Shown: positions 33,374 to 41,660 of the stretch, in pieces
How positions within the stretch are numbered: position 1 is the stretch's first letter
Layout of the letters: the number at the start of each line of letters is the position of its first letter
From: Anaeromyxobacteraceae bacterium
GTDB lineage: Bacteria > Myxococcota > Myxococcia > Myxococcales > Anaeromyxobacteraceae
DNA: 53,459 nucleotides
Assembly (NCBI GenBank): GCA_035719085.1
Contig: DASTGK010000456.1
Span: 1 to 53,459, forward strand
Direction: 5' to 3'
Position numbers and translations under genes: made by a program
Notes under the pieces: generated by a model
What the model was told of the DNA's origin: nothing
The model's database searches: none
Seen by the model: only the letters and a program-made list of their open reading frames with translations

Positions 33374-33793
33374 ATGACTCAACTCGACGACGACGGCTCC
33401 CCCTACGACATGGACAGCGACGACACGCTGTCGCAGCTCTCCCCGAAGGAGATGCGGAAGCTGCTCAGCCTTGGCACCGCGCCCGACCGCGAGCGGCTGC
33501 TCCAGCAGCAACTCCTCCAGGCGCAGGCGCTCCGCTCCGAAGAGGGGCAGCGGCACGCCACGCCCATGGGGGCGCTCTTCGGCGGCATCGCCAATGTGGC
33601 GCGGTCGGCCATCGGCGCGGCCAAGGAGAAGGACTTGAACCAGCAGATGGGAGACCTCTGGAACGGCCAGGTGGACGCCCGTCAGATGCTCCTCCAGAAG
33701 CTCCTCGGGCCGCGGCGCCCGCCGGCCCAGGCGCAGCCGTCGGAGATGGGCGCGGGGGACTTCACGCCGTCGGGCACCTTCGGGCTGGGGTAG
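33374..33793 (+). CDS. Putative internal virion protein.
   Basis: 139 aa. Confidence 0.5.
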   Translation: MTQLDDDGSPYDMDSDDTLSQLSPKEMRKLLSLGTAPDRERLLQQQLLQAQALRSEEGQRHATPMGALFGGIANVARSAIGAAKEKDLNQQMGDLWNGQVDARQMLLQKLLGPRRPPAQAQPSEMGAGDFTPSGTFGLG

Positions 33794-33796
33794 GCC

Positions 33797-35047
33797 ATGG
33801 GCGGCTCCGTCTACGACTCGTGGCAGCTCTTCGCCCCCGAGGGCGACGCCGGCGCGGGCGCGCTGGATGCGGCGACGCGCCAGCGGATTGCGGCTCAGGC
33901 CGCGGCGCTCCGTCGCCAGGAGCAGCTCGGGACGGTGGCGAGCTTCACCGGCGACAAGGTGCTGTCGCCCTGGGGCGAGCGACAGGTGGCCACCGCACGC
34001 CAGGGCGCGGAGCAGCTCGCCGAGGCTCCAGGACAGCGGCTCCGGGCGGCGCTGGAGCGCCAGCGTCTCGCGGCGGGCGAGGATGAGGCGGCGCAGCGCG
34101 CGCTACAGGCGGATCCGGGCTCCGCGGCGTCGGGAACGGCGCGGGCGCTCCTCGGGAAGTTTATGCCGAAGAACGCCGTGACGCCGAACGCCAGCGCAAA
34201 GGAGCTCCTGGGCGTGCTCCCGCTTGCGGAGAAGGCGTACCAAGTGGACGAGAACAGCCGCAACCGCGCCGCCATGCTCGCCCTGAAGAAGCAGGGCGGG
34301 GAGGCCGCGCAGTCCGCGCTGTCGGGCGAGGCGCTCGACATGCTGGCGGAGCAGTTCGCCACCACCGGGAAGCTCCCCGCCATCGGGATGGGGAAGGACG
34401 CCGCGGCGCTGCGCATGAAGATCGCCAGCCGCGCGGCGGAGCTCTACCCAGACGTCGACCTCGCGGGCGCTGCGGCGGGGTACGGCGCGGACACCGGCTC
34501 GCTCAAGAAGCTCCAGCAGCAGGCGGACGCGGTGGATGCCTTTGAGCGGACCGCGCTTGCGAACCTCGACACTTTCCTCGGCTCTGCGCGGAAGGTGGTG
34601 GACGTGGGCAGCCCGCTCTTCAACGCCCCGTTCCGGAAGTTCTCCCAGGCGGTGGCGGGCAACCCGAACATGGCGGAGTTTGTCGCCGCGCGCCAGGTGG
34701 CAGTGCAGGAGCTCACCAAGGTACTCAGCGGCGCGATGGGCAACGCGGCGGCGTCGGACTCCGCGCGCCATGAGGCGGCGGAACTGCTGAGCCCGGATGC
34801 GTCGCTTGCGCAGATTGAGGCCGCAGCCGCGATCCTCAAGCGCGACATGGCCAACCGGAAGGCGGCGCTGGCAACCCAACTCGGCGAAATCCGCGGCCGG
34901 GTGAGCGGCGGGCGCGGGCAGCCGAGCGCGCCTGTAGCACCGGCGGCTGCTACCGGGAAGGTGCGCGTCACCAACGGGAAGGAGACGCTGGAGATCGACG
35001 CGGTGGACCTCCCCGAGGCGGAGAAGGACGGCTACCGGAGGCTCTGA
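33797..35047 (+). CDS. Putative internal virion or ejection protein.
   Basis: 416 aa, Ala-rich and helical. Confidence 0.5.
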   Translation: MGGSVYDSWQLFAPEGDAGAGALDAATRQRIAAQAAALRRQEQLGTVASFTGDKVLSPWGERQVATARQGAEQLAEAPGQRLRAALERQRLAAGEDEAAQRALQADPGSAASGTARALLGKFMPKNAVTPNASAKELLGVLPLAEKAYQVDENSRNRAAMLALKKQGGEAAQSALSGEALDMLAEQFATTGKLPAIGMGKDAAALRMKIASRAAELYPDVDLAGAAAGYGADTGSLKKLQQQADAVDAFERTALANLDTFLGSARKVVDVGSPLFNAPFRKFSQAVAGNPNMAEFVAARQVAVQELTKVLSGAMGNAAASDSARHEAAELLSPDASLAQIEAAAAILKRDMANRKAALATQLGEIRGRVSGGRGQPSAPVAPAAATGKVRVTNGKETLEIDAVDLPEAEKDGYRRL

Positions 35048-36984
35048 TGGGGTGGAAGGACCGAGCGAAAGCAGTGGAGGCGGCGCCGGCGCCCGCGTCA
35101 AGCGGATGGCGGAGTCGCGCCACGTCGGCCGCCGCGGTGCAGCCCGCGCTGGAGCCGGAGGAGCCCAGCACCAGCGAGGCGCTCGGGCGTGGCGCGGCGC
35201 AGGGCGCCACCATGGGTTTCGGGGACGAGCTCCAGGGCGCCATCCAGACGCTCGGCGACTCCTCGACGCCGTGGTACCTCCGTTCCCCGTTGGCGGCCTT
35301 GGCGGACGCGACGAGCGGTGTCTCGGCCGCGCAGCTCGAGGGCGCGCGCCAGGTGGATGCCGAGCGCGCCGCGGCGGAGGGCCCGGGCGCGCGGCTCCGG
35401 CGGAAGCTGGCGGAGTACCGCAGCTCGCGCGACTCCGCGCGGAGGGAGGACCAGACGGCGCGCGAGGCCCACCCGCTCGCGTACCTGGGCGGCATGGTGG
35501 GCGGTGGCGCGGCGACGGCGCCGCTCCTCCCAGGCGGCGCGGCGAAGACGGCCGGGCAGGCCGCGGTGCAGGGCGCGAAGCTCGGCGCGGCGGCCGGGCT
35601 GGGCGGCTCGGGAGCAGACCTGACGGAGGGCGAGGTCGGGCAGGCGCTCGGGGACACCGCGCTCGGCGGCGCGCTGGGGGCGGCGGTGGGGGCGGGAACG
35701 TACTACCTGCCGAAGCTGGTGCCGGCGGCGCTCCAGAAGGGCTCGGAGCTGCTGGACCGGCTGGGGCTCTCCCAGGCGCGCCGGGCGCTCCGGGGCGGCG
35801 CGGGGGAGATCGCCGCGACGAAGCCGGTCAGCGACGCCGCTGTCCGGCGCGCGCTCGAGGAGGGCGCCATCCGCTTCGGGGGCACCACCCAGGGCGCGGC
35901 GGAGCGCCTGGCAGACCTGCTGGACAACGCCGGCGGGGACTATCGCGCGGCGGTGGAGGCGCTGGAGAAGGCCGGGGTGGTGGGGCCGGCGAAAGAGACG
36001 CTGGTGGCGGCGCTCCAGGCGCGCGCCAATGGGGAGGCGGCGAACAGCCTCGGCAGCCGCGTACCAGGCTACTTCGCCGCCTTGGCCCGGAAGGCGGAAG
36101 AGCTGCCGGCATCGGCGCGACTGGCCGGGGAGGTGGGGGTGGTACCGCCGCGACCCGCTGGGGCGGTGTCGGAGGCGCTCGCGCGGCGCGTGGCGGATGC
36201 GGTGCCCGAGGGCCCGAACCTGCAGATGGGCGACCTAGGGGAAGTCATCGAGGCCGCGCCCCGCCCGGCGCCGTCGCTGCCGACTAAGCCGCCCAGCGTC
36301 GGACCTGCTGGGGGCTACTCCGAGGTGGGGGAAGTCATCGAGCGGCCCGTGGAGCGCCTCGGGCTCACCCAGGCCGAGAACATCAAGCGCTCCCTCCAGG
36401 ATGCCGCGCGGAAGGAGTACACCCGGATCGGCGGCAACACCGACCTCGGGCAGGCGAAGAAGGAGGCCGCCGCGCTGCTCCGCCAGGCGGTCGAGGATGC
36501 GGTGGATCAGCAGGCGGGGAAGGCCCCCGAGGCCGCCGCGGCGTTCCAGCCCGCCAAGCAGCGCACGGGCGAGCTGATCGAGGCGCTGAACGCGGCGGAG
36601 AAGGGCGCGGCCCGGTACGCCAACCGGAAGACCATCGGGCTCCAGGACGCGGTGGCGATGGCCGGCCACGCGAGTCCTTCGGGGAAGGTCGGTTCGCTCC
36701 TGCTGAGCCTGCTCAACAAGTCCCGCGGGGCCAGCTCGGCGGCGGTGGCGGCGAATCTCGGCTCTCGTGCGCTCGGCGGGGTGGCGGAGCTGCTGCCGCG
36801 GCTGGGGCAGGGCGTTGAGATGCTCTTCCCCGGCGTCGGCCGCGCGGCGCTCACGGCGGGAATCGGCGGTGGGACGGCGCTGGAGGAGGCCATCACCCAG
36901 GCCATGCGCTCGGGGAAGGTGACGCCGGAGCAGGCGGAACAGCTCCGCCAGCAGGTGATGCAGGCGGACGCGCTCCGGCAGTAG
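35047..36984 (+). CDS. Putative internal virion or ejection protein. It ends at a TAG followed by an in-frame (PX)n repeat.
   Basis: 645 aa, Ala/Gly-rich with Gly-zipper-like hydrophobic stretches. TAG at 36982-36984. Confidence 0.55.
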   Translation: MGWKDRAKAVEAAPAPASSGWRSRATSAAAVQPALEPEEPSTSEALGRGAAQGATMGFGDELQGAIQTLGDSSTPWYLRSPLAALADATSGVSAAQLEGARQVDAERAAAEGPGARLRRKLAEYRSSRDSARREDQTAREAHPLAYLGGMVGGGAATAPLLPGGAAKTAGQAAVQGAKLGAAAGLGGSGADLTEGEVGQALGDTALGGALGAAVGAGTYYLPKLVPAALQKGSELLDRLGLSQARRALRGGAGEIAATKPVSDAAVRRALEEGAIRFGGTTQGAAERLADLLDNAGGDYRAAVEALEKAGVVGPAKETLVAALQARANGEAANSLGSRVPGYFAALARKAEELPASARLAGEVGVVPPRPAGAVSEALARRVADAVPEGPNLQMGDLGEVIEAAPRPAPSLPTKPPSVGPAGGYSEVGEVIERPVERLGLTQAENIKRSLQDAARKEYTRIGGNTDLGQAKKEAAALLRQAVEDAVDQQAGKAPEAAAAFQPAKQRTGELIEALNAAEKGAARYANRKTIGLQDAVAMAGHASPSGKVGSLLLSLLNKSRGASSAAVAANLGSRALGGVAELLPRLGQGVEMLFPGVGRAALTAGIGGGTALEEAITQAMRSGKVTPEQAEQLRQQVMQADALRQ

Positions 36985-37000
36985 GGCGACTCCGGCTTTC

Positions 37001-37104
37001 AGCCCCAGCCCCAGCCCGAGCCCTCGCCCGAGCCCGAGCCCTCGCCCTCGCCCCAGCCCGAGCCCTCGCCCTCGCCCGAGCCCCAGCCCCAGCCCCAGCC
37101 CGAG
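37001..37104. repeat. Hexanucleotide tandem repeat ((A/C)GCCC(C/G/T), about 17 units) between convergent genes.
   Basis: agccccagccccagcccgagccctcgcccgagcccgagccctcgccctcgccccagcccgag... Confidence 0.9.
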
Positions 37105-37114
37105 TAGGCTGGAC

Positions 37115-37420
37115 TCACAGCCATCGCGACTGACGGAGATTGCCCTCCGCCTCCGCGGAACACTCGATGATGCTGGCAACATCGTCGCGCCGGAGCGTCG
37201 AAAGTGCCGGCGCCGGCTGGCTGATGCGGGTCTTCTCCGTCATGGAGGCGCCCTTGGCGGCGACCTCCTGGAGCGTCTCGGCGCCGCCGAAGCGCCAGAT
37301 CTGCCGGGCCTCCCGGAGGACCACGCCGGCCGCGGTGTCGCTGACGAGGTAACCGCACTGCACGCCCGTCTGGGAGCCGCGGGTGATCACGAACTGCTCC
37401 GCCTTCTTCTTGGTGGCCAT
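37115..37420 (-). CDS. Hypothetical protein.
   Basis: ATG at 37420. MATKKKAEQFVITRGSQTGVQCGYLVSDTAAGVVLREARQIWRFGG. 101 aa. Confidence 0.6.
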   Translation of the reverse strand: MATKKKAEQFVITRGSQTGVQCGYLVSDTAAGVVLREARQIWRFGGAETLQEVAAKGASMTEKTRISQPAPALSTLRRDDVASIIECSAEAEGNLRQSRWL

Positions 37421-37592
37421 CGAAACTCGCCCCGTCACCTCGGACCTGGCGGGGCCCAGAGGGCGAGGCGACCTCACGCTGCGAGGATGGATTGACCCCC
37501 GGACCGCCATCCGGGAACCTGTGACCATAATGCACGACTCCCGCGCCGACTGCAACTCATGAACCGAGCGCCGTGGGCGCCACATGTAGGCA

Positions 37593-37620
37593 ATAAAAAA
37601 GGCGCCGTTGGCGCGGCGCC
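37593..37620 (-). terminator. Canonical rho-independent terminator on the minus strand (7-bp GC stem followed by TTTTTTATT).
   Basis: The minus strand reads ggcgccgcgccaacggcgccttttttatt, a rare U-tract terminator in this GC-rich genome. Confidence 0.6.
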
Positions 37621-37731
37621 TCCGGGTCCCCAGGGGGAACCTGCTCGTATGGACTGAGCAGACACAGCCTCCCACAAGAGAGCCCGACAAACAAGTCCGC
37701 GGCTTTGGGTCGCCCCAGATCGCCGTTGTCC

Positions 37732-37758
37732 CCCGAAGCGGCATCGTGCCCCTTCGGG
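37732..37758. repeat. Variant copy of the palindromic element (opposite orientation, TCG loop).
   Basis: cccgaagcggca-tcg-tgccccttcggg. Confidence 0.6.
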
Positions 37759-37887
37759 CCCCGACGTTCCGATGGGTGGATCCAGGCCGACGCCCGGCGG
37801 GGCCAGTGAGCATTCCCGAGTGCGCCCTGGGGCGCGGTCGGAGAATTCCATCGCCGGTCGGGCTGGGGCCGTGGTAACACGGCCATC

Positions 37888-38316
37888 ATGCGCTCTCTTC
37901 CCTTGGTGGTGGTGCTGTTCGGGGTGTTCCTCGCGGCGTGTGGGCCCGGCCTCGATCCGAGCATCGCGGGCACGTGGCGAGGCAACGCGGCCTACTCGTT
38001 CAGCGGGCTCGCCACCCAGAACGTGGGCGCCAGCGTCATCGTCTCGGTCACGGTCGACCAGGCGCGGATCGTCGGGATGTGCCCCGACGGGGGCGGTTCC
38101 CTCGTTGTGCAGGGTGCCGCTGATCGTGCGACGTGGTCGGGCACCACCGCTTGCCCTCCGGTACCCTTCGGTGGATGTGGTGCTGTGGCATTGACGTACA
38201 CCTCCGCCGCGCTGACGCATGGCTCTGGCGACACGATCACCATCGAGGGCGCGGGATACGGCGACGGGTGCGGCACGCGACGCTCGTTGTCCGTGAGTTT
38301 CTTTGGTACGCGGTGA
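37888..38316 (+). CDS. Lipoprotein.
   Basis: MRSLPLVVVLFGVFLAAC lipobox. 142 aa. Confidence 0.65.
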   Translation: MRSLPLVVVLFGVFLAACGPGLDPSIAGTWRGNAAYSFSGLATQNVGASVIVSVTVDQARIVGMCPDGGGSLVVQGAADRATWSGTTACPPVPFGGCGAVALTYTSAALTHGSGDTITIEGAGYGDGCGTRRSLSVSFFGTR

Positions 38317-38355
38317 GCGATGGTTGTCCTTCGTCTTCAAAATAAGAGGTGTTAC

Positions 38356-38961
38356 ATGCGCGGCGCGATGTGCTTGATGGCGGTCGTGTCTCTGTGTGCT
38401 TGCATTCCCGGTCCGACAGGCCCGAGGGGCTCCGAAGGGCCGGCTGGGGTCTCCGGTCCGCCGGGTCCGGCCGGTCCGGTTGGCCCTCCCGGTGTGCCTG
38501 GAGGTCCCGGCGCCATCGTCTGGAAGGACGCGGCCGGTGTTCTTGCCGGGCTGGGCGATCGGCTGCTCACGGTGGACGCGGCCGGACTCTGGTGGCCGGT
38601 CAGCGTCGAGACGGGCCAGGTCAACGGGTATGCGCTGAACTACGGGCCCGCCGACGCCACGTACTACTTCACCTCCACGGACTGCACCGGCACGGAGTAC
38701 CTGGGCGGGTCCCTGCCTCCGCCGAGGATGCCGTTCGACTACGGACAGGAGACGGTCTTGCGGGTGCGTCAGGACGCGGCGGCGTTGCAGCAGATCATCT
38801 ACCGCTCGACGAGGACCTGGGCGGCTCCCGCGTGCCGCGCGACGCTCCCCGGAGGCATCGTGGCGATGGTGCTCGACTCGTCGAAGGCACCGCAGGACCC
38901 GGCGCTCCACTTCCCGGTGCTGCCGACGAATGGTCCGCTCCACATGGAGCGCCTCCAGTAG
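38356..38961 (+). CDS. Lipoprotein with a collagen-like Gly-X-Y repeat.
   Basis: MRGAMCLMAVVSLCAC lipobox, then GPTGPRGSEGPAGVSGPPGPAGPVGPPGVPGGPG (11 triplets). Confidence 0.65.
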   Translation: MRGAMCLMAVVSLCACIPGPTGPRGSEGPAGVSGPPGPAGPVGPPGVPGGPGAIVWKDAAGVLAGLGDRLLTVDAAGLWWPVSVETGQVNGYALNYGPADATYYFTSTDCTGTEYLGGSLPPPRMPFDYGQETVLRVRQDAAALQQIIYRSTRTWAAPACRATLPGGIVAMVLDSSKAPQDPALHFPVLPTNGPLHMERLQ

Positions 38962-38976
38962 TCTCGCGCCGCTCAG

Positions 38977-38998
38977 GGCGCCCAGTCTACTGGGCGCC
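38977..38998. terminator. Bidirectional hairpin between convergent genes (10-bp perfect stem).
   Basis: ggcgcccagt-ct-actgggcgcc. It overlaps the tail-fibre stop codon. Confidence 0.5.
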
Positions 38999-39922
38999 GT
39001 AGAACGTCACGCAAAGCTGAATCGTGTTGCCCCAGCCGTCAATGGTGACCCCACCTCCGCTGCTCTTGACGAGGCCGGCAACCATTGACCCGACGTTACG
39101 AGTCGTCGGGTTGAATAGAATCATGTCCGGCGCGACGAACGCATTGATGGCCTGGCCAATCGCGCCGTAGCTCGTGTTCGCGAATGCCGACGCGAACGTG
39201 AAGGTGAAAGTGCTCGCGGACGCCCGCGCCACCGAGGTGATGTTGAATCCGGCGTCCACCGTGACCGTGAATGGAGTGGTGGTTCCGTTCACCGTGATGA
39301 TCGCCAGGGCCTTCAGGATGTTCATCGGGGTGAGGCGATTGGCGATTGCCGTGGTGCTGGTCGGGTAGGCGACCGCCGACAGGTCGAGGTCGCCGTTGGT
39401 GAGCGCCAAGGCATCCTGTCGCGTGCCGCCAGTCGCAGCGGTTGCCGCAGAAACGCTCAGCTTGGTAGTGGCCCGCGCGATGTCCTTGTTGTTGATGGCC
39501 AGGCGGACGTCGTTGCTGCCCGCCCGATACAGCCCAGCACCGGCCTCGCTGGCGAAGGCAATTCCGGGCGTGGCGAGCGCACCATCCTGCGCCAGGAGTG
39601 CCGAGGTGAGCGTCAGGCCGCTGGCGCCGACGCGGAACTTGTCCACGCCGGCGATGGCGAACCGCAAGTCCCCCGCTCCTGCCCGGTAGAGGCCGGAGGT
39701 GGGCTCGGCGCTGAAGCTCAACGCCGGCGCTCCGACTGCTCCGGAGGCGAGTTGGAGTTGGGCCAGCATCGCCCCCTTCCCGTTCCGGTCGAGCGACTGG
39801 GTGAGCTCGTTCCCGATGTCGCTCATGGTGACGTTCGCCCAGGCCGCAGTGGCGGGCGTCCCGCCGACAACAGGGTTCAACGAGGACGGCAGGGAGTAGG
39901 TTCCGGAGGAGTTCCGAGGCAT
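38987..39922 (-). CDS. Tail fibre protein, encoded on the opposite strand to the structural operon.
   Basis: N-terminus GTYSLPSSLNPVVGGTPATAAWANVTMSDIGNELTQSLDRNGKGAML...PALSFSAEPTSGLYRAGAGDL is a typical phage tail-fibre N-terminal pattern. The C-terminal third is visibly AT-richer. Confidence 0.7.
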   Translation of the reverse strand: MPRNSSGTYSLPSSLNPVVGGTPATAAWANVTMSDIGNELTQSLDRNGKGAMLAQLQLASGAVGAPALSFSAEPTSGLYRAGAGDLRFAIAGVDKFRVGASGLTLTSALLAQDGALATPGIAFASEAGAGLYRAGSNDVRLAINNKDIARATTKLSVSAATAATGGTRQDALALTNGDLDLSAVAYPTSTTAIANRLTPMNILKALAIITVNGTTTPFTVTVDAGFNITSVARASASTFTFTFASAFANTSYGAIGQAINAFVAPDMILFNPTTRNVGSMVAGLVKSSGGGVTIDGWGNTIQLCVTFYGAQ

Positions 39923-39941
39923 GGGCAGGACTCTGCGCCCC

Positions 39942-39990
39942 GTGATGGAAACCGTCCGCGCCCGGCCCCTGGACGGACGATTTCCATCAC
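39942..39990. promoter_or_regulatory. Inverted repeat of the 16-nt motif (GTGATGGAAACCGTCC, 17 nt, GGACGATTTCCATCAC) in the divergent region between the tail fibre and 40010.
   Basis: The arms match at 15 of 16 positions. The right arm is motif site 3, 19 nt upstream of the ATG at 40010. Confidence 0.6.
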
Positions 39991-40009
39991 AGGGGCGACG
40001 CTTCGGGCC

Positions 40010-40477
40010 ATGCGCTACCTGCTGGTCATCCCCGCGCTCGCCCTCGCCGCCCTGGCCATGGCGGGCGGCCCCGGCTCCTACGCCACCGGCACTACCGTCG
40101 CCTGCACCACCACCAACCAGGCCTGTGCCTCGGGTAGTTGCTCCGGCGCCGTCCCGGACGCGGGGAACGCCACCGGCATCTCCCTCGCCTCCGTGCAGAG
40201 CTACTTCGTTCGGGTCTGCCCGCCCACGGGCCAGACGCTCCAGGGCGCCGGCACCGCGAAGGACTTCCACTGCTCGGCCACCACCGGGAAGTGCGCCGAG
40301 GTGGTGGCGAACGCCCAGAGCATCACCGCGCCGGCCGCGACGTGCTGGGAGTCGCCGACCTTCGTCGTTCCCTACACCGACATCACTTCGGACACCATGA
40401 CGTGGGTGCTCTCCGGGGTGACGGTCTCCCCCGACGACGCGGGCACGGCCACCATCTCCATCTGCCCGCAGAAGTGA
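40010..40477 (+). CDS. Secreted Cys-rich protein.
   Basis: Signal peptide MRYLLVIPALALAALAMA. 155 aa, 8 Cys. Confidence 0.6.
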   Translation: MRYLLVIPALALAALAMAGGPGSYATGTTVACTTTNQACASGSCSGAVPDAGNATGISLASVQSYFVRVCPPTGQTLQGAGTAKDFHCSATTGKCAEVVANAQSITAPAATCWESPTFVVPYTDITSDTMTWVLSGVTVSPDDAGTATISICPQK

Positions 40478-40488
40478 GGCTCGCCGCC

Positions 40489-41316
40489 ATGCGCTCCCGC
40501 TTCCCCGTCTGGTCCGTCGGCCTCCTGCTCCTCCTGCTCGCGGGGCTGGCGCTCGCCCAGGGCTTCCAGTCCGGCGCCATCCAGCGCTTCGTCGGCCCCA
40601 TCACCATCGACGGCCTGCTCACCGTCACGGGCTACGTTTCCGGGCGCGACGCTGGCTTCAACAACGTCACGGCCACGGGCGACGTGACGATGAGCCAGGC
40701 GTCCAGGCTCGGCTTCGCGGGCGTCTCCTCGCCCGGCGCCCCATGCTTCACCTACGGCGGGGCGAGCACCGTGCAGACGTGTTCCGCCACTGGCTTTGCC
40801 TCGCTCGGTGCCTTCCAGGCTCAGAGCACCGCGGACATCTGGGACTCGCTGCGAAACAGCAACTCGGGGGCGAACTGCTCCGGGGCTGCTGGAGCCGTGT
40901 GCGTCAACGACACGGGTGGGTTCGCCGTCGCGGACGGGAGCGGCACCACCGTTGCGCAGATCTCCGCCGCCGGCACGGCGACGCTGAACGGCGGCGTGGT
41001 GCTGGCCTCCGGGGCGACGCGGCAGAACGTCGGCTCGTGCGACACGCGCGCCACCACCAGCTCCTACCCGCAGGTTTGCGACCAGGTGAGCGGCCATGGA
41101 CGCATCGCGGGCGGAGCTGGCGCCACCGCGTTCGACATCAACAACGCGAAGGTGCTCGCAGCGAGCGCCATCTGCCGGGCGACGCTGGACATCTTTCATG
41201 CTGGGTGTACCGCCATCTACTGCTCCGCTGACGCGGGGAACATGACGTTCTCGACCAACGCCAACTGCACCACCACCGCAGCGGACTTCTCGTGGACGCT
41301 GGAGACCAACCAATGA
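40489..41316 (+). CDS. Secreted Gly/Ala/Thr-rich, Cys-containing protein.
   Basis: Signal peptide MRSRFPVWSVGLLLLLLAGLALA. 275 aa. Confidence 0.6.
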   Translation: MRSRFPVWSVGLLLLLLAGLALAQGFQSGAIQRFVGPITIDGLLTVTGYVSGRDAGFNNVTATGDVTMSQASRLGFAGVSSPGAPCFTYGGASTVQTCSATGFASLGAFQAQSTADIWDSLRNSNSGANCSGAAGAVCVNDTGGFAVADGSGTTVAQISAAGTATLNGGVVLASGATRQNVGSCDTRATTSSYPQVCDQVSGHGRIAGGAGATAFDINNAKVLAASAICRATLDIFHAGCTAIYCSADAGNMTFSTNANCTTTAADFSWTLETNQ

Positions 41317-41639
41317 AGCTCCCCAAGCTGCCGCTGTTCACCGCCAAGCGCGTCGCCGTGACGGCGGTTGCGCTCGCCGCCTCGCTCGTCGTCACCACCC
41401 AGGTTGGCCAGGCGGACACCGGCATCACCCTCTCCGACGCGAACACCTTCATGGTGTCGTGGAACCTCCAGCGTCTTCCGGGCGGAACCTTCTCCTGCTC
41501 GGGCACGTGCCTCACGCAGACGGCGGCGCGCACCTACCGGCTGTCCTGTCCCATCAACCTCGCGCCCCAGGCGTCGCCCGGCGCCTGTCTCACGGCCCTC
41601 GCCGCAGCGTGCGTCCCGAGCGCGTGCGCCAGTCCTTGA
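41313..41639 (+). CDS. Secreted Cys-containing protein.
   Basis: ATGA overlap. The signal-like N-terminus ends VGQA. Confidence 0.55.
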   Translation: MKLPKLPLFTAKRVAVTAVALAASLVVTTQVGQADTGITLSDANTFMVSWNLQRLPGGTFSCSGTCLTQTAARTYRLSCPINLAPQASPGACLTALAAACVPSACASP

Positions 41640-41660
41640 CGCCTCGCCCGGAGCCACTCC

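Noticed and set aside
37590-37700. A tRNA or tRNA-derived attP core in the 37.6-kb intergenic region (gagcaggttccccctggggaccc).
   Set aside because: I could not fold a cloverleaf. There is no GTTCGAAT/GTTCAAAT-type T-loop with matching 5-bp stems, no acceptor stem or CCA context, and no integrase in the genome.
38962-40009. An invertible (Gin/Cin-type) tail-fibre segment.
   Set aside because: Both arms of the inverted repeat at 39942-39990 lie on the same side of the fibre gene. No matching repeat occurs at the other end, and no invertase is encoded.
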